A stretch of 64,000 nt of DNA from Polyangiales bacterium (GCA_038231275.1 JBBRLQ010000001.1:96001-160000), one strand, 5' to 3'. Counted from the first letter of the stretch, positions 8,444-17,672 are shown. Made by a program: numbers and translations. Notes: generated by a model from the letters alone, not told the origin.

Positions 8444-10111
8444 ATGGCGACGCTACGGCGGCAAGCAGCGTGGATGCTCGCGGTGACCGTCTCGGCGGGT
8501 TGCGCTGCGAGGGCGACGCCAGCGCCGACGCCAACGCCTCCCGATGCGCTGCTCCTCACCGACGCCATTTGGGCGAGCGACACCCCTCGCATGCGCGAGC
8601 TCCTCGCGGCGCGCGCGGATCCGGCCGCGGTCGACGCCGCCGAGTGGCCCCCGTGGACGTGGACGCTCGTGACGAGGGATCGGCCGGCGCGGGATCTTCT
8701 CCTCTCCCATGCGCGCGACATCCATCCCCAAGACCCGCAGACGATCGCCGCGTTTCGCATGGCCGTGGGCCAAGGCGACGAGGATCTGGTGCGTGAGCTC
8801 CTGCGGCGGCGCGTGCCGGTCGACGCTCCGTCGAAGGATCGCGCGAGCCCGCTGCTCATCGCCGCGTCTACCGGCAACGCGCGGATGGTGGACGCCCTCC
8901 TCGGCGCCGGCGCGCTGCCGAACGTGGCCGACGGCACCGGCGACACGGCGCTGATGGCGGCGGTGCGCGCCGGATCGCAGGAGTGTGTCGAGCGCCTGCT
9001 CGCGCGCGGCGCCGACGTGCGGCTGCGTGATCGCGAAGGCCGAGCGGCGCTCGACTGGGCGCGGCTGGAGCGCGCGGATTCGCTCGCCGCGCTCCTCGTG
9101 GCCGCGCACGCCGAGCCGAGCGACGGGGGCGCTGCGGCGAGGACGGCGCCGCCGCCCGCGAGCGCGACCGACGCGATCGCACGGAGCATTCCGGTCGTTC
9201 AGCGCGGCGCGGCGGAGTGGACCAAACGCATGGGGTGCAGCTCGTGCCACCACCAGCCGATGGCGCTGCTCGTCACCACGCTCGCCGAACGCGCCAAGGT
9301 CCCGTTCGATCGCTCCCTCGCCGCGGCGCTCCGTGATGGGTTGGCGAAGGAGGAGCTCTTTTTCCAGGCGGAGGGGCAAAAAGCACTGGTGAGCGACGTG
9401 ACCGTCCTCCGCGCGGGCCGCCTCAACAGCGGGGACATCGCGTTCGGCACGGGGTTTTTCCTGTCGGCGCGGATCGAGGCGGGGGTCACGCGCGGCGGCC
9501 CGGAGGAGACGAGCGCTGTGCTGCTGGCGCGCTTGCAGCTCCCGGACGGCCATTGGCGCTACGGCCCGCTCCGCGGTGTGATCGAGTCCAGCGACGTGGC
9601 CGCGACGGCGCTCGCCGCGCGGGTCGTCGCGGCGCTCGCGCCACCGAGCGACGACACCACCGCGCGGCTGGCGCGCGCGAAAGCGTGGCTCGCGGGCGCC
9701 GCAGCGACCACCGTGGTCGACCACGCCTACCGGCTCTACGGCCTGCGCTGGACGAACGCCGACCCAGGCCTCGTGATCGCACAGGCAACGAAGCTGCGTG
9801 CCGCGCAACGGCCCGACGGAAGCTGGGGCCATGTTTCGAGCGCGCCGGGCGACGCGTTCAGCACCGGCCTCGCGCTCGTGGCCCTCCACGAAGCCGGCGC
9901 GCTCGCCGCGACGGATCCGGCCTACCGAGCCGGCGTCGCGTATCTCCTCGCGCGTCAAAGGCCGGACGGAACGTGGCTCGTCCACAGCCGCGCGGTGCCG
10001 CTCCAGCCGTACGCCGACGGTGGCTCGCCGCACGGCAAATTCCAGTTCGTCTCGTTCGCGGCCACGTGCTGGGCCACGATGGCGCTCATCTACGCCGCGA
10101 CGCCGACTTGA
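8444..10111 (+). CDS. Exported ankyrin-repeat protein fused to a CxxCH motif and a prenyltransferase/squalene-cyclase-like barrel
   Basis: Lipobox SAGC. Ankyrin motifs SPLLIAASTG, GDTALMAAVRAG and GRAALDWA. GCSSCHH. QW-type repeats QLPDGHW, QRPDGSW and QRPDGTW. Confidence 0.8.
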   Translation: MATLRRQAAWMLAVTVSAGCAARATPAPTPTPPDALLLTDAIWASDTPRMRELLAARADPAAVDAAEWPPWTWTLVTRDRPARDLLLSHARDIHPQDPQTIAAFRMAVGQGDEDLVRELLRRRVPVDAPSKDRASPLLIAASTGNARMVDALLGAGALPNVADGTGDTALMAAVRAGSQECVERLLARGADVRLRDREGRAALDWARLERADSLAALLVAAHAEPSDGGAAARTAPPPASATDAIARSIPVVQRGAAEWTKRMGCSSCHHQPMALLVTTLAERAKVPFDRSLAAALRDGLAKEELFFQAEGQKALVSDVTVLRAGRLNSGDIAFGTGFFLSARIEAGVTRGGPEETSAVLLARLQLPDGHWRYGPLRGVIESSDVAATALAARVVAALAPPSDDTTARLARAKAWLAGAAATTVVDHAYRLYGLRWTNADPGLVIAQATKLRAAQRPDGSWGHVSSAPGDAFSTGLALVALHEAGALAATDPAYRAGVAYLLARQRPDGTWLVHSRAVPLQPYADGGSPHGKFQFVSFAATCWATMALIYAATPT

Positions 10112-10139
10112 TGTGTGCGGCGAGCGCGCGGGCGATCGC

Positions 10140-11420
10140 TCACGTCGTGCGCAAGATCGCGTCGGGCCGGGTGCGCCGGATGACGGCCATGACCTCTTCG
10201 TCGGTCATGATGTGATCGAGCGCCTTGGCGGCCTTCAGGATCTCGGCCACGAGGTTCTCGTCACCCTTGATGCCGCGCGAGCTGAGCCAGTAGTTCACGT
10301 TCGAGGCCCCGCTCATGAAGCCGATGCAGATCTCCTGCCCGCGCCCGAACATGCCCGCGGGTACGCCGCTGTAGATGCGGTCGGCGAGCCACGCGTCGCC
10401 CTTCGCCATGGCCTTGATGATCGCCGCGGCGTGCACGCCCGTCGCCGTGCGGAACGCGTCGCGGCCCACCAGCGGATAGTTGATCGGCACGTGCCATTCG
10501 GTCGCCTTCGCCACCGTCTCGCAGTATTCGAGGAGCTTCGTCAGATCGTGATCGAGCTGGCCCAGCAGCTTGAGGTTCAGGAGAAGGAGCTCCATCTGCG
10601 CGTTGCCCACGCGCTCGCCGATTCCGAGCGCCGTGGCGTGGACGCGATCGGCGCCGAACTCCAGCGCCCAGATCGCGTTCTCGAGCGCGAAGCCGCGATC
10701 GTTGTGGCCGTGCCAGTCGATGCCGATGTTCTTCGCGCCGGTGCCAGCGACGACGCTCTTGGTGAACTCGATGAGGTTCTTCACGCCGTCGGGCGTCGCG
10801 TGGCCGACGGTGTCCGACAAGCAGAGGCGCGTCGCACCGTGATCGATCGCCGCGCGAAAGAGCGTGGTCAGCACGTCGGGGCGCGAGCGCGTCGTGTCCT
10901 CGGTGACGTACGCGACAGGGAGGCCCGCCTTGACGGCGACGTCGATCGCCTCGCAGCTGCGCTTGGCGATGAGGCCGACGTCCCACTCCTCCGCGTACTG
11001 GCGGATCGGGCTCGAGCCGATGAACGCGTACACCTCGATCGGGAGACCGGCCTTCTGCGAGACCTCGATCATCGGCGTGATGTCGGAGACCACGGTGCGC
11101 CCGGCGCACGCGATCTTGATCTTCATCTTGCAGTCGACGACCTCTTTGCACATGCGAAGGACGTCGTCGAAGGCGCGCTTGCTCGAGCCGGGGAGACCGA
11201 TGTCGGCCTCGTGGATGCCGAGGTCTTCCATCAAGTGGAGGATGGCGAGCTTGTCCTCGATCGGCGGGTCCTTGACCGACGGGTTCTGGAGCCCGTCGCG
11301 CAGTGTCTCGTCGAAGAGCGTGTAGCCCTTCGGGATGAGGCGGCCCTTGCGATTGACCTCGTTCCAATCGAAGACGAGCTCCGCCGCGCGGCCTGCGCCC
11401 TCCATGACGTCGTTGGACAT
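10140..11420 (-). CDS. leuA: LeuA-family (DRE-TIM) 2-isopropylmalate synthase-like enzyme without the C-terminal regulatory domain
   Basis: Motifs FDETLRDGLQ, SDTVG, WHGHNDRG, GIGERVGN and GVHAAA. 426 aa. Confidence 0.8.
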   Translation of the reverse strand: MSNDVMEGAGRAAELVFDWNEVNRKGRLIPKGYTLFDETLRDGLQNPSVKDPPIEDKLAILHLMEDLGIHEADIGLPGSSKRAFDDVLRMCKEVVDCKMKIKIACAGRTVVSDITPMIEVSQKAGLPIEVYAFIGSSPIRQYAEEWDVGLIAKRSCEAIDVAVKAGLPVAYVTEDTTRSRPDVLTTLFRAAIDHGATRLCLSDTVGHATPDGVKNLIEFTKSVVAGTGAKNIGIDWHGHNDRGFALENAIWALEFGADRVHATALGIGERVGNAQMELLLLNLKLLGQLDHDLTKLLEYCETVAKATEWHVPINYPLVGRDAFRTATGVHAAAIIKAMAKGDAWLADRIYSGVPAGMFGRGQEICIGFMSGASNVNYWLSSRGIKGDENLVAEILKAAKALDHIMTDEEVMAVIRRTRPDAILRTT

Positions 11421-11457
11421 GGCTTTAGTATAGCCTCACACCAGGAGTGACCGGCAC

Positions 11458-12609
11458 ATGATGACCTCACCTTCCGCCTCACTTTCCGCGCTGACGGCGG
11501 CTCAGCTTCAGGTGGTCCAACCCGGGTCGCGCGCCAACTTCCGGCGGCGCGTCATGGACGCGATGCGCACGGTCGTGCCTGCGGCAGGCGCATTTTTCTG
11601 CTTCGGAAAGGACGACAGCCGCGCGTACGCCGACTCGTCGCGCGTCGTGGACGGCGCGCTGCATGGCGTCAAAGTTGGCGTCAAAGACGCCGGGACGACG
11701 AAGCTGACGCAGGCGTTCGGCTTCGAGACCAAGAGCGTGGTGGAGACGACGCGGCGCGTCTACATGACGATGGAGCTCTATCCGGACGACGAGCGGAAGA
11801 AGCTGCCGTACTTCCGGGACAACTCGGTCGCCGACGAGCTCGCGCGCGCAATGATCGTGTTCCTGCACGAGGGCGGCGTCCTTTTCGGCGTGTGCGGCCT
11901 CGAGCGCCGCGCCGACGAGCCGGAGTTCACGATGGAGGACGCCGCGCGGATCGAGTCGCTGGCGCCGTTCGTCGTCGCGGCCTCGCGCGCACAGATGGCA
12001 TACGACGAGCTCACGAAGGAGGCGGCGGCGCTGCGGTCGCTCGCGAAGATGGGGGGAACGCTCTTCGTCGTCGATCGTGACAAGAAGCGCGTCGTGTGGG
12101 CGGCGAACCGTGAGCACGGCGTCGACTGGGCGGAGGACGTCGTTCCGTTCGCCGATCAGATCGTCGAGGCCGCCGAGTCCCAGCTTGCTGCGCGCGCACG
12201 AGGCGACGCGCTCCCGACGCCGCCGCGCTTCGGCGAGGGCACCGTCGTGGGCGTCGCGCGCATCGAGGGAGACCCGGTGTTCGGCGCGGCGCGGTGCGCG
12301 GTCCTGCGCGTGCAGCAGACGGAGTCGGCGAACGCAGCGGCGATGGACGGTCTCTCGCGACGCGAGCGCGAGATCGCGCGACTCTTGGTCGCCGGGTACA
12401 GCGGCGTGAACGTCGCGGCGATCGCGGGCCTCAGCGAGAACACCGTCCGTACGTACGTTCGAAGGCTCTACGCGAAGATCGGCGTGTCGAACCGCGCGGA
12501 TCTCGTCCGCAAGCTCATCGCACCCGAACCCAAGTCGAGCGCGCCGTCGTCGCAGATCGCACCACCGCCCGACTCCGCGCTCGCGGACGGGGACGACACG
12601 CTCGACTGA
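11458..12609 (+). CDS. LuxR-type HTH transcriptional regulator with an N-terminal GAF-like sensor
   Basis: LSRREREIARLLVAGYS...IAGLSENTVRTYVRRLYAKIGVSNRADL. AGGAG RBS upstream. Confidence 0.85.
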   Translation: MMTSPSASLSALTAAQLQVVQPGSRANFRRRVMDAMRTVVPAAGAFFCFGKDDSRAYADSSRVVDGALHGVKVGVKDAGTTKLTQAFGFETKSVVETTRRVYMTMELYPDDERKKLPYFRDNSVADELARAMIVFLHEGGVLFGVCGLERRADEPEFTMEDAARIESLAPFVVAASRAQMAYDELTKEAAALRSLAKMGGTLFVVDRDKKRVVWAANREHGVDWAEDVVPFADQIVEAAESQLAARARGDALPTPPRFGEGTVVGVARIEGDPVFGAARCAVLRVQQTESANAAAMDGLSRREREIARLLVAGYSGVNVAAIAGLSENTVRTYVRRLYAKIGVSNRADLVRKLIAPEPKSSAPSSQIAPPPDSALADGDDTLD

Positions 12610-12613
12610 CCGG

Positions 12614-13186
12614 CTACTTCGTCGACAGCACGGAAGAGATCAGCAGCGCCATCCGCCTCTCCGCGGCGGTGATCGACGCGCCTTGATCGCGGCGCATCGC
12701 GTCCCACGCGCGCGCGCCGGTGACGACGTCGAGCAGCTCCACGAGCTCGGGGCGATCGCGCACGTCGGCGGCGAAGACCTTGGCGGTCACCTTCCGTCGC
12801 GCGCGGGCGACGAGCGCAAAGGCCGCCGCGACCGCGGGGGACGTGGCCTCGAAGCGCGACGACGCGCGGCGAACCTGCGCCGTGGCTTCCAATTCGCGCC
12901 CACGCGCCGCCGCGAAGGCCTCGATTCGCACGGACCGCGCGAGCGCCGGATCGATCGGCGTGCTCGCTGCCGCGACCTCGCGCATGTGGACCTCGGCGGC
13001 CGCGAGCAAGAGCTCCTCGCGGGACCGAAAATGCTGCCCGATCGACCGCAGCGCGACCCCCGCGCGCTCCGCGATCTGCGGACCGGTCGGCGCCGTCCCA
13101 TGCTCCGCGAGGAGCTCCAGCACCGCGCTGACGATCGCGTCACGCGTACGGACCGCGCGCGCGTGGCGACCGTCGAGGCGCGCCAT
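12614..13186 (-). CDS. TetR/AcrR family regulator
   Basis: DGRHARAVRTRDAIVSAVLELL...IAERAGVALRSIGQHFRSREELL. ATG overlaps the lipase stop (TGATG). Confidence 0.85.
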   Translation of the reverse strand: MARLDGRHARAVRTRDAIVSAVLELLAEHGTAPTGPQIAERAGVALRSIGQHFRSREELLLAAAEVHMREVAAASTPIDPALARSVRIEAFAAARGRELEATAQVRRASSRFEATSPAVAAAFALVARARRKVTAKVFAADVRDRPELVELLDVVTGARAWDAMRRDQGASITAAERRMALLISSVLSTK

Positions 13187-14691
13187 CACGGCGTGCAGCT
13201 CGGCATCCCCGTCGACGTGCACGACGGCTTCGCGGTTCCTTCGAGTACGGCGCGCGCCCACGCGATCCCGGTCATCAGGTTGCGCGGAAGCACCGTCGCG
13301 TGCGTCGCCGTCGAATCCGTGCACACGTCGGGCGTGACGCCTTCGGCGACGAGCTTGTCGATCGTGCACGCGGCCTCTTCGGCGGGCAGCATGATCTGAT
13401 CGGCGAGGCCCTGCACCATGAGCACGGGGGCGCCTTGCGGATCGGCGTGGAGGACGTTCTGCGAGAGGAACTGGAAGTAGCTCGCCCCTGGCTCCGCGCA
13501 GCCGGCCCCCGACGCCGCGATGCACGCGAGCAGCGACGTGCGGAGCGCGTCGTCGACGAGGTTGCCGAGGACCGGATCGAACGCCTGGATGTACCCGCCG
13601 AGCGGCACCAGGCAGAGCGAGTTGGCGGCGCCCGCGAGCGCGTCGCGATTGGAGGCGGGAAATCCATCTCCCGGCGACGCGCCGCTCTTGTTGCCGAAGT
13701 ACGCGTACTCGCGGAGCACCGCGATCGCCGACTTGCTGAGGCCCGTGCCGATCGTCGCGCCCGTCGGATTCTCCAGGATCGATTGGTAGCCGAACGAGTT
13801 CATCCGCGTCGGCCACTGCGGCGCGAACGCGACGACGGCGGCGAGCTTCCCGTCGGCGCCGTAGCTCTTCTCGAGCGCTTGGCCGCTGAGCGCCGCTCCG
13901 CCCCCCTGGCTGTAGCCGAAGAGCACGATCTTTTCGGACAGCGCGCCCTGCGAGAGGAGCTTCCGCAGCGCGCGCGCGCCGTCGAGGAGGGAGTACGCTT
14001 GCTCGTGGTTGTCGAGGTACGCCTGCACACCGTCGGTGCCGAGGCCGGCGTAATCGGGGACGATGGTCGCGTAGCCGAGCGCCGTCCACGGGAGCGCGAG
14101 GTCTTGGTTGGACGACGCGTTCTTCGACGGCGTGCAGCCGTCGGCGATGCCCTCGGACGGGTGGCCGATCGTGACGACCGGAAGCGGAAGCTGACGCGGG
14201 ACGGTCGGCAAGTAGACCCGCGCCGAGCTCACCGCGCCAGACCCGTCGCTTTTCGTCGTCCGAAAGAGGACGCGGTACACGTTGGCGCCGCTCGTCGCGG
14301 TGATCGTGATGCCCTTCGCCGCGACCGCCGACTGCGCCTCGGCCACCGTATACCCTTGCTCGGGCGCGCAGCGAACCACGTCCCCTCGGCGCGCGGGCGT
14401 CATCGGCGACAGGCCCGGCGGCGTCACGTACGCGGTGTCCGGCGAATCCTCGCACGGGATGGCCGGCGCGTCGGCGCGCGCGGGGCCTGCGTCGATCGCA
14501 GCGTCGACGGCGGCGGCGTCGAAACCATCGCCGGAGTCCGGAGGAGCGACGGTTCCGCCGTCGGCCAAGGGCAGCGCGGCGTCGGGGGTGTCTCCATGCA
14601 CGCCGCCGGTAGGCGCGCCCGATGTGCCAGCGGCCGCGCACCCCGCCAGGACCACGGCAAACGAGCCCGCCACGCGCCACCGAGGAGCCAT
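13186..14691 (-). CDS. Secretory lipase (LIP family) alpha/beta-hydrolase lipoprotein
   Basis: Lipobox LAGC, PDYAGLG, nucleophile motif GYSQGG, VQGLADQI and a C-terminal His (ATHAT). Confidence 0.85.
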   Translation of the reverse strand: MAPRWRVAGSFAVVLAGCAAAGTSGAPTGGVHGDTPDAALPLADGGTVAPPDSGDGFDAAAVDAAIDAGPARADAPAIPCEDSPDTAYVTPPGLSPMTPARRGDVVRCAPEQGYTVAEAQSAVAAKGITITATSGANVYRVLFRTTKSDGSGAVSSARVYLPTVPRQLPLPVVTIGHPSEGIADGCTPSKNASSNQDLALPWTALGYATIVPDYAGLGTDGVQAYLDNHEQAYSLLDGARALRKLLSQGALSEKIVLFGYSQGGGAALSGQALEKSYGADGKLAAVVAFAPQWPTRMNSFGYQSILENPTGATIGTGLSKSAIAVLREYAYFGNKSGASPGDGFPASNRDALAGAANSLCLVPLGGYIQAFDPVLGNLVDDALRTSLLACIAASGAGCAEPGASYFQFLSQNVLHADPQGAPVLMVQGLADQIMLPAEEAACTIDKLVAEGVTPDVCTDSTATHATVLPRNLMTGIAWARAVLEGTAKPSCTSTGMPSCTP

Positions 14692-14712
14692 CGGGGGTAA
14701 CCAAAGCACACA

Positions 14713-14734
14713 ATTTGCTATGTGCATGCAAAAT
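14713..14734. promoter_or_regulatory. Putative TetR operator (imperfect inverted repeat) upstream of lipase-tetR
   Basis: AT-rich ATTTGCTATG-TG-CATGCAAAAT, 22-43 bp upstream of the lipase start. Confidence 0.45.
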
Positions 14735-14833
14735 CTTGGAATCTTCGCATCGGCGCCCCCTGACGTCTGACGGGAGCGGCGGCGTTTTGACGCTCGGAGG
14801 CCTCCAGGGCGCGTAAATCACTGACAATTCGCA

Positions 14834-14849
14834 TGGCACGCGGCCTGCT
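14834..14849 (+). promoter_or_regulatory. Putative sigma54 (-24/-12) promoter
   Basis: TGGCACG-CGGC-CTGCT versus the consensus TGGCACG-N4-TTGCW, with correct GG-N10-GC spacing. Confidence 0.55.
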
Positions 14850-14861
14850 CTAGAGGAGCGC

Positions 14862-15038
14862 ATGTCTGCCTCGCCGTTCCTCGAGCGCTTCATCCAGCAG
14901 ACGCTGGTGCTGTACCGCCCGGGCTCGCTCTTCGGCGACGGCCAGGCGATCAAGCGCTTCGCGCCGCCGCCCCGCGAAGAGTTCATCGACCCCGGCGACG
15001 TCTTCGACGACGAGGACGACGGCGCCGCCGCGGCGTGA
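14862..15038 (+). CDS. 58-aa small protein with an acidic C-terminus (absent from the ORF track)
   Basis: GAGGAG just before the ATG. MSASPFLERFIQQTLVLYRPGSLFGDGQAIKRFAPPPREEFIDPGDVFDDEDDGAAAA*. Almost all third codon positions are G/C. Confidence 0.7.
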   Translation: MSASPFLERFIQQTLVLYRPGSLFGDGQAIKRFAPPPREEFIDPGDVFDDEDDGAAAA

Positions 15039-15064
15039 CCCTCGCCCTCTCCTCGGCTCGCGCT

Positions 15065-15979
15065 TCAGGCCCCGCCGAACGTCAGGAGCAGGCGCTTCAG
15101 CGCGTCGTGACCGCCCGAAAGCTCCGCGTGCGCGAGGAGGAGCTGGTGCAGGTTCGCCGCGGTCGTTTGCCTATCCTCTTGCTTGGTACGCAGCGCGACG
15201 CCCAGCGCGGACGCGACGTCACCAGGTACGTCGGGGCACAGCACGTCGATCGGGGTCAGCTCCGGCACCGCCATGCTGCGCGTCCGCGTACCCCACGTCA
15301 CCTCGAGGCCTCCCGGAAACGCCGGCGCACCTGACAGCATTTCGCGGAGGAGCAGCGCGGCGCAGTAGACGTCGGTGGCCGGCGTAATCTCCTCCATGAG
15401 GGCCTGCTCGGGCGCCATGTACCCCATGCTGCCCTTCTGGCTCTTCGCGGTGTCCTTCGCTGAGTTGCCGACGGCGCGCGCGAACGCAAAATCGGCGAGC
15501 TTCACGTCGCCCGCGCGCGTGAGGAGCACGTTCCCGGGGCTGACGTTGCGGTGCATGATCGGTGCGTCGACGTTCTTCTCGGGATCGCGCGCCGCGTGCA
15601 TCGCGGCGAGACCGCCAAAGATGCCGGCGGCGACGTGGTAAGCCGCGGCACGCGGGAGGGTCTGCTTCCGCGTCGTGTACGAGATGAGGAGCGACTCCAA
15701 CGAGGGACCGTCGACGTACTCGAGCACCAGCACGGGCAACCCCTCGTGCGCGAAGAGATCGTACATGCGCACGATCGACGGGTGCGCAAGGCGTGCGTAC
15801 GCCGTCGCCTCGCGCGTGAGCCGACGCACGACGGCCTCGTCGTCGCGCGAGCTCGGGAGCATGCGCTTCAGCACGACCTTGCGCTCGACGCCGAAGCTGT
15901 CCGCCATCGCGAGGAGCACCTGGCTCGCGGCGGAGGCTTCGAGGGTCTGGAGGATTCGGTACGGTCCGATCTGCGGCAT
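15065..15979 (-). CDS. Hanks-type Ser/Thr kinase-like protein, probable pseudokinase
   Basis: VVLKR, HPSIVRMYD, LEYVDG and GYMAPEQ are present. The catalytic loop reads HRN, DFG reads DFA, and the Gly-rich loop is missing. Confidence 0.85.
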   Translation of the reverse strand: MPQIGPYRILQTLEASAASQVLLAMADSFGVERKVVLKRMLPSSRDDEAVVRRLTREATAYARLAHPSIVRMYDLFAHEGLPVLVLEYVDGPSLESLLISYTTRKQTLPRAAAYHVAAGIFGGLAAMHAARDPEKNVDAPIMHRNVSPGNVLLTRAGDVKLADFAFARAVGNSAKDTAKSQKGSMGYMAPEQALMEEITPATDVYCAALLLREMLSGAPAFPGGLEVTWGTRTRSMAVPELTPIDVLCPDVPGDVASALGVALRTKQEDRQTTAANLHQLLLAHAELSGGHDALKRLLLTFGGA

Positions 15980-16055
15980 CCCGGTCAGTATAGACGGGGC
16001 GTGGGCCGCCACCACCTAGAGGACGGGCCGGAGCGCAAACGCTACGCTCCTCCTC

Positions 16056-16550
16056 ATGTTGGTCCGTCTCGAGCCCCTCGCCGCCGCGCACGTTCCCCAC
16101 GTGATGACCTGGGTGAACGATCGCGACGTGATGCAGTACTTCGCGAACCGGCAGACCGCGATCACGGCAGACGAGGAGGCCGCCTACCTGACGACGCTCC
16201 TCGCGTCCCCGAACGATCGCGCGTGGTCGATTTTCTTCGCGAACGACTACGTCGGGCAGTGCTCCATCAACCAGATCTACTGGCCCGCCAAGAACGGGCG
16301 CGTCTTCATCGCGATCGCCGGGAAATTCCAGGGCCGCGGCCTCGGCCCGGCGGCGCTCGAGCAGATGATCGCCCGCGCGTGGGACGAGCTCGATCTCCAC
16401 AAATTGTGGCTCATCGGCCGGAAAGACAACCGCTCCGCGCAGGCGATGTACCTGAAGCTCGGCTTCGACTTCGAGGGCGTGCTGAGGGACGAGTACTGCG
16501 TCGGCGGCAAGTACTACGACATGGTGCGGATGGGCATCGTTCGACGCTGA
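16056..16550 (+). CDS. GNAT (RimJ/RimL-like) N-acetyltransferase
   Basis: FQGRGLG acetyl-CoA motif and DNRSAQAMYLKLGFDFEGVLR. Confidence 0.9.
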   Translation: MLVRLEPLAAAHVPHVMTWVNDRDVMQYFANRQTAITADEEAAYLTTLLASPNDRAWSIFFANDYVGQCSINQIYWPAKNGRVFIAIAGKFQGRGLGPAALEQMIARAWDELDLHKLWLIGRKDNRSAQAMYLKLGFDFEGVLRDEYCVGGKYYDMVRMGIVRR

Positions 16551-16557
16551 CGCGCGG

Positions 16558-17586
16558 TCAGTTCCACGTCGGGTCGGACGACGTCGGGCAGGCGCAGCTG
16601 GCCGCTTGGTGCACGTGCCCGGCGTTCGGCCCCTGGACGCACCAAACGGCGCAGGTGGTCCCCGATTGTTGGCCGGGGCACGCATAAACGAAGATGCCCG
16701 CAGTGCAGTTGCCGCCCGGGAAGTAGGTGCCGCCGATAACCGACGCGGTCGCGGCCTCACTCGCCATGTTCGTCGTATACGTCGTCTCGTCGCCCGGCGT
16801 CCCGAGCGGGGTCGGGCAATCGGTGTAGTGTTGCCCGAGGCCGTTGGCGTGCTGCTTGGTCTCGCAGCCATCGTCGACCATGCCGCCGTCGCCGGCCACG
16901 GGCTGCTTGCAGTTCGCGTAGCCGGCGATGCATGCCGAGTTGCAGGCGCCACCGGTGCATGTCGGTGTCCCCATGACGTTCGTCGTCGAGCACGCGCGGC
17001 CACAGGACCCGCAGTCGGTCGGCGTAGTCGTCGGCGTCTCGCAGCCGTCGGCGTTCGGCGCCGCGGTCTTGCAGTCGCCGAATCCGACGCCGCAACCGGT
17101 GTACGCGCACGTGGTGCCGTTGCACGAGGCGCCGGTGCTGTGCGTCGCATCGCACGCGAGGCCGCACGCGGAGCACGCTTGCACCGTGTTCGTCGCCGCG
17201 CACGTTCCGTTGCAACAGCTCTTGCCGCTCTCGCACGGGTGGCCGCCGTTGCAGCCCGTCGCGCACGTCTTCGCGCCCGTGTCGCACACCTTGCCGGCAG
17301 GGCAGTCTCCGTCTCCGATGCATTCGACGCAGGTGCCGGTGCTCGTGTCGCACGTGAGTGGCGCGGCACACTCGCTCTTCGACCGGCAGCCGCCGCCGTC
17401 GACCGCCGCGCCCTCGCGGAAGACGCCGCCTTCACCGATGGGCAGGACGGCGCCGCCTTCGCCGTCACCACCGCCGGTGAGCGTGTCGTCGACCGTCGGC
17501 GTCCCGTTGGCGCAGCCCGCGGCAATTCCCCCGACGCCGAGAGCGAGCGCGAGGCCGGCCATCGCCAAATGGCGCGCGTCCAACAT
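16558..17586 (-). CDS. Cys-rich exported lipoprotein with myxobacterial disulfide-rich repeats
   Basis: Lipobox AAGC, repeated CGxCGxAC and DGCET modules, more than 30 Cys. Confidence 0.8.
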   Translation of the reverse strand: MLDARHLAMAGLALALGVGGIAAGCANGTPTVDDTLTGGGDGEGGAVLPIGEGGVFREGAAVDGGGCRSKSECAAPLTCDTSTGTCVECIGDGDCPAGKVCDTGAKTCATGCNGGHPCESGKSCCNGTCAATNTVQACSACGLACDATHSTGASCNGTTCAYTGCGVGFGDCKTAAPNADGCETPTTTPTDCGSCGRACSTTNVMGTPTCTGGACNSACIAGYANCKQPVAGDGGMVDDGCETKQHANGLGQHYTDCPTPLGTPGDETTYTTNMASEAATASVIGGTYFPGGNCTAGIFVYACPGQQSGTTCAVWCVQGPNAGHVHQAASCACPTSSDPTWN

Positions 17587-17672
17587 GCGTGGAGCTTAAC
17601 ACTCGAGGTACGACGCGCCATCGTCTGTTGTGCGTCCCCGAGCCCACGACCCGTGCGCCCGGGCCGGAAAAT

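Noticed and set aside
8444-10111. Annotation as squalene-hopene cyclase
   Set aside because: There is only one barrel-sized region and no DxDD motif, and the protein is exported and ankyrin-fused.
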